Shown here: piece by piece, positions 1-9,370 of the stretch | Position numbering within the stretch: the stretch's first letter is position 1 | Layout: every line of letters begins with the position of its first letter | From: an uncultured Clostridia bacterium | Lineage (GTDB): Bacteria; Bacillota; Clostridia; Christensenellales; CAMQZB01 | NCBI GenBank assembly: GCA_964406735.1 | Contig: CAYOSU010000002.1 | Coordinates: 1,488-65,487, forward strand | DNA length: 64,000 nucleotides | Reading direction: 5' to 3' | Made by a program: the position numbers and the translations under genes | The notes under the pieces: generated by a model | What the model was told of the DNA's origin: nothing | The model's input: the letters and a program-made list of their open reading frames with translations, nothing else | Database searches by the model: none

Positions 1-452
1 AACACGGAGGCTATTACGAGCTTTTGGCTCATACCTTTTGAAAAGAGGTATATGCGCTTGTTTACATGCGCAGAGAGATCGAACATCTCAAAGAGCATAT
101 CCATCCTCTCCTTCTGCACTTTTTTAGAAAGTCCAGCTATATCACCGAGGTATTCAAAGTATTCCTTTGCAGTCATATACGGGTAAGCAACAAAGTCTCC
201 CTGAACGTAACCTATTACATTGGGAATACGCTTTATCACCCTTATATCCTTGCCGTCGACTTTAATACTGCCGCTGAAGTCCTTATCTGCTCCTGCGATA
301 CAGTTGAGAAGAGTCGTCTTGCCGGCGCCATTACCGCCTACGATGCCGAACACCGCTCCGCTTGGAACGGAAAAGGAAACGTCGTCGATTATAACATTGG
401 AATGCTTTCTTTTGTGGGTAAATTCCTTGTGAATGTTGTTGATCTCAATCAT
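1..452 (-). CDS. ABC transporter ATP-binding protein (3' end runs off the window)
   Basis: Not in the ORF track. Minus-strand ATG at 452 reads MIEINNIHKEFTHKRKHSNVIIDDVSFSVPSGAVFGIVGGNGAGKTTLL (Walker A); directly follows the permease stop at 457. Confidence 0.85.
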   Translation of the reverse strand, partial: MIEINNIHKEFTHKRKHSNVIIDDVSFSVPSGAVFGIVGGNGAGKTTLLNCIAGADKDFSGSIKVDGKDIRVIKRIPNVIGYVQGDFVAYPYMTAKEYFEYLGDIAGLSKKVQKERMDMLFEMFDLSAHVNKRIYLFSKGMSQKLVIASV

Positions 453-456
453 TTGG

Positions 457-2103
457 TTATCCTTCGAGTTTATCAAATAGCTTTTCAGCATTGCTGTTCA
501 AAGACTTGTAGCTTAACAGCGCAAACATAATAGCTAATACTATCAATATAAAGTATACGGCGCATTTTGTCAATATTTCAGAAATATTCAGCGCATCGGG
601 CAAAACGTCGCCCAAAATTATGACTATTCCGACACCAAAACCAATGCCCATTGCCAAGAACATAGAAGTCGTCATTGCAGGGTTATTCTTCATTCCCTCT
701 GCTATTGAAGTCCAATTTAGGCGAGGTTTGTCTATATCTACTTTTATCTGCCTTGAAACGAAACCGAAGGCAAAAATCGCTATTACGACAGCACGTAATA
801 TAGTTTCTATGACACCGACTTCGAAAAACAGCAACGTTGCGCAACCGAGGATCGTCGATATTACGGAAAACGCATACGCAAGAATAAGCTTTGCTCTTAC
901 CTGCAACGAGAAAGGTACGGGGAATATCTTCATCAAATACCAATGGTTATTCTCTCGTGTAAGCGCCGAGCTTGCTACGTAATTCGTACCGCATGCAAAC
1001 ATAAAAAGCAGCCACGTTCCCATAAGATCGAGCATTATAACTCCCATTCCGTCATCTTCCATAATGCCCATTTCTTTATACATAACGCCGAAAATGAGTA
1101 TCATCATAAGGGGCGCAAGGACTATTTGCGTAAGGCAGTAGAAAAGTAATGACGAATCACGGGTTATCTCCTTGAAGTCCTTTACTATAAACGTTTTGAG
1201 AAGGTCTGTCTTGACGTAATTAGTAGTTTTTACCTTTACGGAATCAGACTCTGACGCTATCGCAACAGAGCGCCTATATACGCCACCAGAGAGAAGGAAT
1301 GCAATTAAAAGTCCTATTCCCCAAACGGCTATGACTGTCAAAATATTCGACAAAATTCCGTCGGATAAGAATACTATTCCCGAGAGCGCATAATCAAAGA
1401 ACATCGCTTCGCCAAGTTTGATAAGTACTGCAACGGAAGCAGCGATGTTTTCGTCAGCAAACTCAAAAGACGAATACATCTTTGACATAAATATGACGTA
1501 AAGTATCATAAACGCTACGTACATAATTATCGAGAAAAAGCCTTTGAGCGTAGTATTGCGTTTTACAAACGAGAATACGAACATTAATGGGATCAAAAGT
1601 ATACTCGATACCGTTAACGACAAAACAGGTGCGATTATTACTGCAATTACGGACAATATATAATAGCTTACGCCCATGCCTGCGACTACTCCGTATATTG
1701 CAGTCGCAACTAATCCCGCAGTTCCTGCGTATATAAGCTCGTTAAAGGTAACGTAAAGGAGTTTTGCGAAGAATATCTGCCTCGTAGTTACCGGAAGTGT
1801 CGACAAAAAGGTGTTATCGGTCGCAAAAAACAGCGTATTTACCAATAAAACCGTTCCGAATATCAATGCAAAGGTCTGTTCGGAAAAGAATATCGCAGAG
1901 ATGTACGCTCTTCCCACTCCCGCATCGGAGCTTACTATCGAATAGGATATTAGCATATAGATGAGCAGCGGCAAGACAGTTACTGCAAGCACGGCAAACG
2001 CCGCAATAAGCGACGCTTTAGTGCCCTTGCTCCTCTTGCTCGTTTTATCTATGCGGTAGTTCTGTTTGAACAGTACCTTGACGAGAAGCCATACGTTTTT
2101 CAC
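457..2103 (-). CDS. ABC-2-type exporter permease (multi-TM)
   Basis: 548 aa with many hydrophobic segments; sits between two ABC ATPases and overlaps the upstream ATPase stop. Confidence 0.8.
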   Translation of the reverse strand: MKNVWLLVKVLFKQNYRIDKTSKRSKGTKASLIAAFAVLAVTVLPLLIYMLISYSIVSSDAGVGRAYISAIFFSEQTFALIFGTVLLVNTLFFATDNTFLSTLPVTTRQIFFAKLLYVTFNELIYAGTAGLVATAIYGVVAGMGVSYYILSVIAVIIAPVLSLTVSSILLIPLMFVFSFVKRNTTLKGFFSIIMYVAFMILYVIFMSKMYSSFEFADENIAASVAVLIKLGEAMFFDYALSGIVFLSDGILSNILTVIAVWGIGLLIAFLLSGGVYRRSVAIASESDSVKVKTTNYVKTDLLKTFIVKDFKEITRDSSLLFYCLTQIVLAPLMMILIFGVMYKEMGIMEDDGMGVIMLDLMGTWLLFMFACGTNYVASSALTRENNHWYLMKIFPVPFSLQVRAKLILAYAFSVISTILGCATLLFFEVGVIETILRAVVIAIFAFGFVSRQIKVDIDKPRLNWTSIAEGMKNNPAMTTSMFLAMGIGFGVGIVIILGDVLPDALNISEILTKCAVYFILIVLAIMFALLSYKSLNSNAEKLFDKLEG

Positions 2104-2831
2104 GCTTCAATACCTCCCGTCAGTTTGAGGAAGTAGCTTTCAAGCGACTCATCGCCGCTTTGCGCCTTTAAGTCATCGATCTTTCCGACCGCAACGAGCT
2201 TTCCGTCGTCAATGATTCCTACTCTATCGCAAAGCTTCTCTACGATCTCTAAGACATGCGAGGAGAAAAAGACGGTATTGCCGTTCTTTACGTGCTCCTT
2301 CATCGCCTCCTTGAGTTCGTAACTGCTTTGAGGGTCGAGTCCCATCATAGGCTCGTCGAGTATCCAAAGCTTGGGGTTATGTATCAATGCGCCGATGACT
2401 ACTATCTTTTGCTTCATGCCGTGAGAGTAGGTCTTTATCTGGTTATTTATTGCATCGCCGAGATTGAACATCTTGATGTACTTTTCAGCTCTTTCCTTTC
2501 TGTCTTCCAAGGAAACGCCATATACGTCAGCCATAAAGTTGATATACTCCATACCTGAAAGCTTGTCGTATACTTCGTGATTATCGGGAACATAGCCGAT
2601 CTTCAGCTTTGCAGCAACAGGATCGGTCTTTAAATTCACGCCGTCGATGTATATTTCGCCCTCGTCAAAGTTGAGTATACCGCATACAGTCTTTATCGTA
2701 GTCGATTTACCTGCGCCGTTAGGACCTAAAAAGCCGAATATTTCGCCGTTTTTAAGTTCAAGCGAAAGTCCGTCAACCGCTTTTTTGTTGCTCTTCAAAT
2801 AAGTTTTACTGAAATTCTTGATAGTGAGCAT
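2100..2831 (-). CDS. ABC transporter ATP-binding protein
   Basis: GPNGAGKST Walker A, YSHGMKQK signature, ILDEP Walker B; start moved to the ATG at 2831 behind GGAGGA. Confidence 0.92.
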   Translation of the reverse strand: MLTIKNFSKTYLKSNKKAVDGLSLELKNGEIFGFLGPNGAGKSTTIKTVCGILNFDEGEIYIDGVNLKTDPVAAKLKIGYVPDNHEVYDKLSGMEYINFMADVYGVSLEDRKERAEKYIKMFNLGDAINNQIKTYSHGMKQKIVVIGALIHNPKLWILDEPMMGLDPQSSYELKEAMKEHVKNGNTVFFSSHVLEIVEKLCDRVGIIDDGKLVAVGKIDDLKAQSGDESLESYFLKLTGGIEA

Positions 2832-3006
2832 AATTATATCCTCCAAACATTTAAAATTATATCACATTTTTGGTTTGTTGTAAATCGATTGTTTTAATAT
2901 CTTGTCACATCTGCTAAAATTCGCAAAAATTTTTTATAATTTATTTGTAATAACAATAAAATCTATGCTATACTTTTTCAAAACGAAGGCGTATTTAGGA
3001 GGATAT

Positions 3007-4083
3007 ATGAAATATACTAATAGACTGAAGAAGATCGTTAATTTTTTTGACATCGTCACGAAAATTGCTTATATCGTAACCATTGTAGGCTTTGCTTGTT
3101 ACGGAATAACGATAATAGCAGGACTATTCTTCTTAGATACCGTTGACTGGTCGCTTGGGCTTAACGCTACGATCGCAACTCCGTTTTTAGAAGAATACAC
3201 TATATACGGCATTATCACAGACATTATCGAATTGGTATGCTTCTTCTTTGTTATAAGAGCGGCAAGAGCGTATTTTGTGTACGCTAAACAGAACTCGCCT
3301 TTTTCAAAAGAAGCTTCCGATAAGCTGAGAAAATACGCTATCATCGATATTGCGACCTACATTCCTTTCTTCATTTTGAGAACGACCTGCGACAGTTTTT
3401 TCCACAGCACCGATATAGCGTATACTTTGAGTGTACATTCCATAGTAAGCGAAATTGCTAATAACGCAATCATCTTCATGTTATTATTCTTCATCGCATA
3501 TATCGCAGAGCGTTTTGAGAAGCTCGACGATAAGGACGTAAGAAGCATGAAGAGCCTATATTCAAAGCTCGAAAACATTTCAAAGAAATTGACAACGGTA
3601 TTTGCCGCTGTTGTGGCAGCAACGCTCGTTCTTGGCATTGCATTCAGCTTTATTCAAGTTGAGTTCGAGATCGGCCTTTCCGACATACTATTCGACGGAA
3701 CGTCATACTCGCTCCCGATATACTTTTTCTCTCTGTGTTGCACGTTCATAACGCTCGTTATGACGGCAAAGTTCTGCAACGAATATTTTTCTAACATCAA
3801 TAAAAACGGAACGATATTTATCGACAGCGACTTGACACTTCTCAAAAAGAGAGCGATCACCCTTTTATTTTTCCCTATCATTTTGACCGCTATCTTTGAC
3901 TTGATAATTGTTATCGTGTTTAACGACGTATCAGTCGGCGTTGTGCCAGATTACGCAGTTCTGATCGCACTCGTAATGGCACTTATTCGCATTATGACAT
4001 ACGCTAAAAAAGAGCAGATAGAGCTTTCTGAAGGCGGTAACAACGAGCCGAATAAAGAAGCCGAATCACCGTTTTTGAACTAA
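3007..4083 (+). CDS. Integral membrane protein, probably two tandem DUF2975-like 4-TM units
   Basis: AGGAGGA before ATG 3007; about 8 TM segments; both halves contain a similar loop (SPFSKEASDKLRK / TIFIDSDLTLLKK). Confidence 0.6.
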   Translation: MKYTNRLKKIVNFFDIVTKIAYIVTIVGFACYGITIIAGLFFLDTVDWSLGLNATIATPFLEEYTIYGIITDIIELVCFFFVIRAARAYFVYAKQNSPFSKEASDKLRKYAIIDIATYIPFFILRTTCDSFFHSTDIAYTLSVHSIVSEIANNAIIFMLLFFIAYIAERFEKLDDKDVRSMKSLYSKLENISKKLTTVFAAVVAATLVLGIAFSFIQVEFEIGLSDILFDGTSYSLPIYFFSLCCTFITLVMTAKFCNEYFSNINKNGTIFIDSDLTLLKKRAITLLFFPIILTAIFDLIIVIVFNDVSVGVVPDYAVLIALVMALIRIMTYAKKEQIELSEGGNNEPNKEAESPFLN

Positions 4084-4096
4084 TAGCTAAATAAGT

Positions 4097-4128
4097 AAAG
4101 CGTCCTGCAAAAATGCAGGACGCTTTTT
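4097..4128. terminator. Bidirectional intrinsic terminator
   Basis: AAAGCGTCCTGCA-aaaa-TGCAGGACGCTTTTT between convergent genes. Confidence 0.85.
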
Positions 4129-4165
4129 AATATAATCGTATCAGGTACGGTTAGTTTTATCTAAA

Positions 4166-5806
4166 CTATTTTATCTCGACAGAGCCTGTGGAAATCAGTC
4201 TTCCCGAAGCCTTATCAAAGAGCATTACGCCGTCGCCCGTTATCGAAACGTTGACCTTTTCCCCGATGCTATAGGTAATTCCTCCGAAGATAACACCTGT
4301 GAGCAAGAGATTGCCGATCTTTATCCTTACGGTAGTTTCCATACCGGTAGGCATTGCACTATATATCTCTCCGACGATCTTTCCGTCGGGGACTATCTTG
4401 ACAAACTCGGGACGAACGCCAAGGATGAAGTCTCTATCCGTTGCAGGCTTTTCTTCCTCTATCTCGGACTCGTCGATCTTTGCGATACGGCACTTGAAAA
4501 CGGTGTCTTTATTCGCTTTTTCGACGTTTCGCTTATCCTGCATGCGAGCCTTTCTTACGCTCTCTTTCTCAGCCTCTAACGCCGCATTTTCTTTTCTCCA
4601 AGCGGCTAAATCAAGGCTTTCAGACTTGAACGTGAGGTTATTTTCGCCGTTGAAGACGCTAAGCTCAACGCCGTTTTCGGCCTGCTCGCCCTCAGCTTCG
4701 ATGAAGTTGATTTGCGGATTTCCTACGAAGTCAGCTACGAACGTGTTCTCGGGCTTGCCGTATACGGTCAGCGGTGCGTCGTATTGCTGTAAAACGCCGT
4801 TATCGATAAGGCAGATCTTGGTTGCAAGGGTCATTGCTTCCATCTGGTCGTGGGTTACGTATACGAACGTGCTACCCGTATCAAGGTGAAGTCTTTGAAG
4901 CTCGCTTCTCATTTCAAGACGGAGCTTTGCATCAAGGTTAGAAAGAGGCTCGTCCATGAAAAGTACGGTCGGCTCGGGAGCAAGCGTTCTTGCTATGGCA
5001 ACTCTTTGCTGCTGTCCGCCGGAAAGCTCGGCCGGGTATCTATCCATGAACATACCGATCTTGACTATCCTCGATACACGCCTTACGGAAAGGTCGATCT
5101 CTTCTTTTGAAAGCTTCCTCGTTTGCATCACTACAGCGCCGTTTTTGACGTATTCGTAGTTTTCGTTGAGAGTACAACCTTCCTTCTGAGCAGTGGCTTT
5201 TGCCTTTTCTACGACCGATTTAAGCTCCGAAACAGCGGCTTGAGCCTTTGCCTTAGGATCGGTCTCCTTTTCAAAGCCGTAGGATAATAACTTTTTCGCA
5301 GATGGCATCGATATAATATAGGTATCGATAAGCTTGAGCTGAGCCTTGCTTTGATCGATATTGCCTTTTTTATCTCTACACTCTTCGATGAGCGTTACGA
5401 GCTTTTCTACGTCGGAGAGTATCTCTATCTGCTTTGCGGCAACTCTTGCCTCGAAGCTTATTTTCGGGAGCTCCTCTTTGACGTTTGAAAGTCCGAACGA
5501 GATGTTCTGATAAACGGTCATATTAGGCCACAAAGCGTAGTTCTGGAACAGGAAGCCTACTTTTCTCTTATTCGCAGGGACGTTGATTCCGAGTTCGCTG
5601 TCAAATACTACCTTGTCGCCAATGGTGATACGTCCGCTCGTAGGGGTCTCAAGACCTGCTATCATACGAAGCGTCGTCGTTTTTCCGCATCCGGAAGGTC
5701 CAAGCAACGTTACGAATGCATTATCCTCTATGTCGAGGTCCAAATGGTCAACGGCATAGAAGCCGCCCCATCTTTTTGTTACGTCAGTTAATTTAATTTC
5801 AGGCAT
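4166..5806 (-). CDS. ABC importer ATP-binding subunit (MalK/FbpC-like) with large internal insertions
   Basis: GPSGCGKTT, FQNYALWP Q-loop, LSGGQQQR, FMDEPLSNLD, VTHDQ; C-terminal TOBE-like region. Confidence 0.9.
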   Translation of the reverse strand: MPEIKLTDVTKRWGGFYAVDHLDLDIEDNAFVTLLGPSGCGKTTTLRMIAGLETPTSGRITIGDKVVFDSELGINVPANKRKVGFLFQNYALWPNMTVYQNISFGLSNVKEELPKISFEARVAAKQIEILSDVEKLVTLIEECRDKKGNIDQSKAQLKLIDTYIISMPSAKKLLSYGFEKETDPKAKAQAAVSELKSVVEKAKATAQKEGCTLNENYEYVKNGAVVMQTRKLSKEEIDLSVRRVSRIVKIGMFMDRYPAELSGGQQQRVAIARTLAPEPTVLFMDEPLSNLDAKLRLEMRSELQRLHLDTGSTFVYVTHDQMEAMTLATKICLIDNGVLQQYDAPLTVYGKPENTFVADFVGNPQINFIEAEGEQAENGVELSVFNGENNLTFKSESLDLAAWRKENAALEAEKESVRKARMQDKRNVEKANKDTVFKCRIAKIDESEIEEEKPATDRDFILGVRPEFVKIVPDGKIVGEIYSAMPTGMETTVRIKIGNLLLTGVIFGGITYSIGEKVNVSITGDGVMLFDKASGRLISTGSVEIK

Positions 5807-5809
5807 GTT

Positions 5810-7639
5810 TTATCCTCCAATACCTTTGTCGAGGCTTGCGCCCGTAAGCTTGTTGATGAGTGCATTGCAGACGAGAACGGTTACGATAAGAATCAAGTTC
5901 ATACCGCTCGAGAACGCCGCAAGACCCATTTCGTCGAAGTAATCCATCGTGGTAGAAAGTATCGTACCGATACCTGAGAGCATCATAAACAAAGACAACT
6001 CTCTTACGCAGGTGATGAATGGTAACAAATATCCCGAGAGAATGGAAGATTTCTGAATAGGAATAATTATCTTGAACATCCTCTTGAACCACGGTATATC
6101 CTGAATTATCGCCGATTCCTCTATCTCACCCGAAAGCTGAAGCATCGAATTCAAAGAAGACCTACTTGCGAAAGGTATATATTTTACCGTGCCGACGATG
6201 ATAAGAAGCGCATAGGTGTTATATAAGCTGAAATACTCGTTGCAAAGGAGCTTATAGAACGCAATACCAACGGCTATCGACGGCATAAGGTACGGAATGA
6301 ACGCCATGTTGTTGACGTAGTTTGCAAACTTCTGACGGCGGTTCTTGGAAACGGCGTAACCGACGAGCGTACCGAGCGTTCCTGCCGCAAGTGCGCACAA
6401 GACGGAAACTATTAAAGTTCCCTTGTATGCAGTCCAGATCGTGTTGTTATAAAGCATACCGAGCTGACCGTACATACCGTATTCGCCCTTCGGGTCGTTG
6501 TTGAGCCACCACTTTGTGGTAAGGTTTGCGGGATTCCACGTCTTCAAGAAGCTGTAATCGCCGGGGTTCGGCAAGAAGGTCTCGAACGCAAAGGAGATTA
6601 TCGGGTAAATACTCGTGAAGAACGTGAATACTACGAGAATTATCGCTATAGCGTATTTGCCGACTTTGCCTAAGTTTATCTTGGAGATCTGTCCAGACTT
6701 ACCAGTTACGGTCGTGTAGTTCTTACGGCTCTTCAAGCTCCTTTGGTTGAGAAGAAGTATTACGACGCCGAGTATCATCATTATGACGGCAAGAATACTC
6801 GATTCTGCGGTATAGGTGCTCTTCATGCTGATGTACTTCGTCGAAAGGGTCGTAAGTCCCAAGTAGTGCGGAACGGGATAGCTTCCCATGGAGCTTCCGA
6901 AGACCAAAAGAACGGTCGACAGGATAGCAGGCTTTATCATAGGAAGGGTTATCCTCGTCATTATCTTATATTTCGGTGTATCAAGAATGGTTGCGGCTTC
7001 CTCTAAGTTTGCGTCCATATTGCGGAAGATACCGCCAATGAGGATATACGCAAACGCCGAGTAGTGAAGTCCCAATACGATAACGCATGGGAAAATTCCC
7101 TGACACCACCAAAGCGGCATGTGAATATTGAACAGTGCCGCCAACAGTCCGTCGCTTGTATGCGTTACGGCGTTACTGTTGAAGAGGTTTCTCCATACCA
7201 TAGCGAGCGTCCACTGCGGCATGATATAAGGGAATATAAATATCGAGCTAAGGTATTTTTTGAATTTGAGGTTGGTTCGTGTGATAAGGAATGCGAACAA
7301 GCCTCCGAATACTATCGCCGCTACACAGGAAAGAGCGGCAACAATGAGAGTGTTAAAAAGCGGCGTCCAAAGATTTGTCTTGGAAAGCTCGCCGGTAAAC
7401 AGGTCAATATAGCTGACAAGCGAATAACCGGTAGGTTTTCCCGACCAATAAGTCTCGATCGTTCCTCTATGGATCTTGAACGTATCCTCTACTATAGCTA
7501 TCATCGGCGTTACGGTAGTTATCGTACAGATAATGCCCATGATAACGAGGATCACGTTGTGAGGCTGCATAAAGAAGGTCTTGACTTTATTGAGACGCAC
7601 TCTCCTTTCGTTTGCTTTGTTAGACGAAATATTAGTCAT
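5810..7639 (-). CDS. ABC importer permease, fused double domain (FbpB/iron-thiamine type)
   Basis: Two EAA loops (LEEAATILD; IEESAIIQD); many TM segments. Confidence 0.88.
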   Translation of the reverse strand: MTNISSNKANERRVRLNKVKTFFMQPHNVILVIMGIICTITTVTPMIAIVEDTFKIHRGTIETYWSGKPTGYSLVSYIDLFTGELSKTNLWTPLFNTLIVAALSCVAAIVFGGLFAFLITRTNLKFKKYLSSIFIFPYIMPQWTLAMVWRNLFNSNAVTHTSDGLLAALFNIHMPLWWCQGIFPCVIVLGLHYSAFAYILIGGIFRNMDANLEEAATILDTPKYKIMTRITLPMIKPAILSTVLLVFGSSMGSYPVPHYLGLTTLSTKYISMKSTYTAESSILAVIMMILGVVILLLNQRSLKSRKNYTTVTGKSGQISKINLGKVGKYAIAIILVVFTFFTSIYPIISFAFETFLPNPGDYSFLKTWNPANLTTKWWLNNDPKGEYGMYGQLGMLYNNTIWTAYKGTLIVSVLCALAAGTLGTLVGYAVSKNRRQKFANYVNNMAFIPYLMPSIAVGIAFYKLLCNEYFSLYNTYALLIIVGTVKYIPFASRSSLNSMLQLSGEIEESAIIQDIPWFKRMFKIIIPIQKSSILSGYLLPFITCVRELSLFMMLSGIGTILSTTMDYFDEMGLAAFSSGMNLILIVTVLVCNALINKLTGASLDKGIGG

Positions 7640-7650
7640 AAAACCTCCAA

Positions 7651-7679
7651 CACGGAGCCGAAACTATTTCGGCTCCGTG
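7651..7679. other. Intergenic hairpin after the solute-binding gene (likely mRNA stabiliser or partial terminator)
   Basis: Perfect 13-bp inverted repeat CACGGAGCCGAAA-cta-TTTCGGCTCCGTG with no adjacent U-tract. Confidence 0.6.
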
Positions 7680-7714
7680 CAGATAATTTTTTCAAAGTAT
7701 AAAGCTATTTAAGC

Positions 7715-9046
7715 TTATTTGCCGTATTTAGTAAGAGTGTCGATCCACGTTCCGACGGTGTATGCAACGGATGCGCAATACTCAGGATCTTCGATAGCGA
7801 GTCTATCTTCCCACCAATCAAATCCACGGTCTTTAAGAACATCGTAAACTGCTCCGTCCTTTTCGCCCGTTACGTGGTCGGGATGAGCCGCATCGTTTTC
7901 AGCCGCTACAACAGGGTTAGAAGAATATCCGCCGATGTCCTTGCCCCAAGCGTCGAAGCCCTTCTGTGTGCAGGTCATATAAGCGATGAATGCGCATGCA
8001 GTCCAAGGCATCGGGCTGTTCTTGGTAACAAACAAATAGTGGCAATATCCATATCCGCCGAGACCTACGTAATTATCTTCGTAAGCTGCGACCTTAACGT
8101 TGTTCTTGGAAACGGAGTCGGACTCTGTTACAGAACGAAGTTTTGAATATACCAACAAACCGAACTGATCAGTAGCGGACTTATCAACGAGCATGTTGCA
8201 GATAGGACCGTCGTCAGTCTGTGCGCTGTAGCTTTCTACCCAAAGCTTGATCCAGGCAAGAGCGTATTTACCGTTCTTCCCGAGCTTAAGCTCTGTAGCT
8301 TTAGATTCAACTGCAGATACAGCCTTGTCTACATAAGCCTTTTCGGAAGCGGAAAGAGCGTCGTAAGCAGTCTTAAGAGAATCAGCGTATTCATCTTTCG
8401 TCAACATATACAAGAAGTTTCTGCCGACGATCTCGGAATCGATATCCATGAAGAGGCCGTGTTCGCCTTCAGCTACGAAATCCCAGATGTTGTCATAGGA
8501 CTTAGAACCCGTGCAGTTGTACATGAATACCTTGTTAAGAGTCTGAAGAGCGAGGTAGCCGCTGAACTTTTCAGGGGTCGTGCCGTTAGCCTCTGCCCAC
8601 TCCTTCGGGATGTATCTTTCCAAGATACCGGGCTGAACCATCTTGCTTTCGATCTGGTTGCCGTCCTGAATAAGAGTCATAGAGAACTCGCCTTCGGATT
8701 TAGCAGAATCGGTTGTAATCTGTTCAAATATCGCATTTCCCTTAGGCTGAGCCCAAGTGAACTCAAGCGTATATTCGCCTAAACCGTTCTTTTTGGCAAC
8801 TTCGTTTACGTACTCGATGAAGTAAGGAAGAGCAGTCTTACCGCGGCTAGAATTACCAATACCGTTGAATGTTTTGCCGTTACTCTCTTCATAAGCCTTG
8901 AGCATAAGCTCGTCGAGCGACATAGTCTGAGCTTCAGCGATTATTTTCTCAACTTCGGTCAATTCAACCTTAGGCTGACATGCAGCAAGAGAGAAGCAAG
9001 AAGCTACGAGCACTAAAATGAGTGCCAATGAAACAATTCTTTTCAT
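7715..9046 (-). CDS. ABC transporter substrate-binding lipoprotein
   Basis: MKRIVSLALILVLVASCFSLAAC lipobox; first gene of the SBP-permease-ATPase operon; GGAGGA RBS before ATG 9046. Confidence 0.82.
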   Translation of the reverse strand: MKRIVSLALILVLVASCFSLAACQPKVELTEVEKIIAEAQTMSLDELMLKAYEESNGKTFNGIGNSSRGKTALPYFIEYVNEVAKKNGLGEYTLEFTWAQPKGNAIFEQITTDSAKSEGEFSMTLIQDGNQIESKMVQPGILERYIPKEWAEANGTTPEKFSGYLALQTLNKVFMYNCTGSKSYDNIWDFVAEGEHGLFMDIDSEIVGRNFLYMLTKDEYADSLKTAYDALSASEKAYVDKAVSAVESKATELKLGKNGKYALAWIKLWVESYSAQTDDGPICNMLVDKSATDQFGLLVYSKLRSVTESDSVSKNNVKVAAYEDNYVGLGGYGYCHYLFVTKNSPMPWTACAFIAYMTCTQKGFDAWGKDIGGYSSNPVVAAENDAAHPDHVTGEKDGAVYDVLKDRGFDWWEDRLAIEDPEYCASVAYTVGTWIDTLTKYGK

Positions 9047-9149
9047 TTTTTCCTCCATAACATAAAAAGATTACATTTATATTAACGCATTTTGCGATAA
9101 TACCAAATCTATTTTGTTATACCCATCATAACCAGAAATCAAGCGTCAA

Positions 9150-9205
9150 AAAACGTTTTCTTCCAAGGACACCATAATTCTATCACTTCGTTAAAACATT
9201 GTCAA
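9150..9205 (-). promoter_or_regulatory. Sigma-A promoter of the ABC importer operon with a downstream LacI/CcpA-like palindrome
   Basis: TTGACA (9205-9200)-17 bp-TAGAAT (9182-9177); palindrome AAAACGTTTT at 9150-9159. Confidence 0.6.
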
Positions 9206-9370
9206 TACCCAATTTGAAAAAAGTTTACAAATAATTCGTAAAAATCTATACGAATATCGTTCAATGAGGCAAATAGTTAGAAATAACACAAAACTTCAAT
9301 TTATTAAACAAAAGCGACGCCCGATATTATCAGACGTCGCATGTATTAATTCGACAAATATGGCTAATTT

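Noticed and set aside
66-530. 154-aa plus-strand ORF at the window start
   Set aside because: Shadow of the real minus-strand ABC ATPase that runs off the window.
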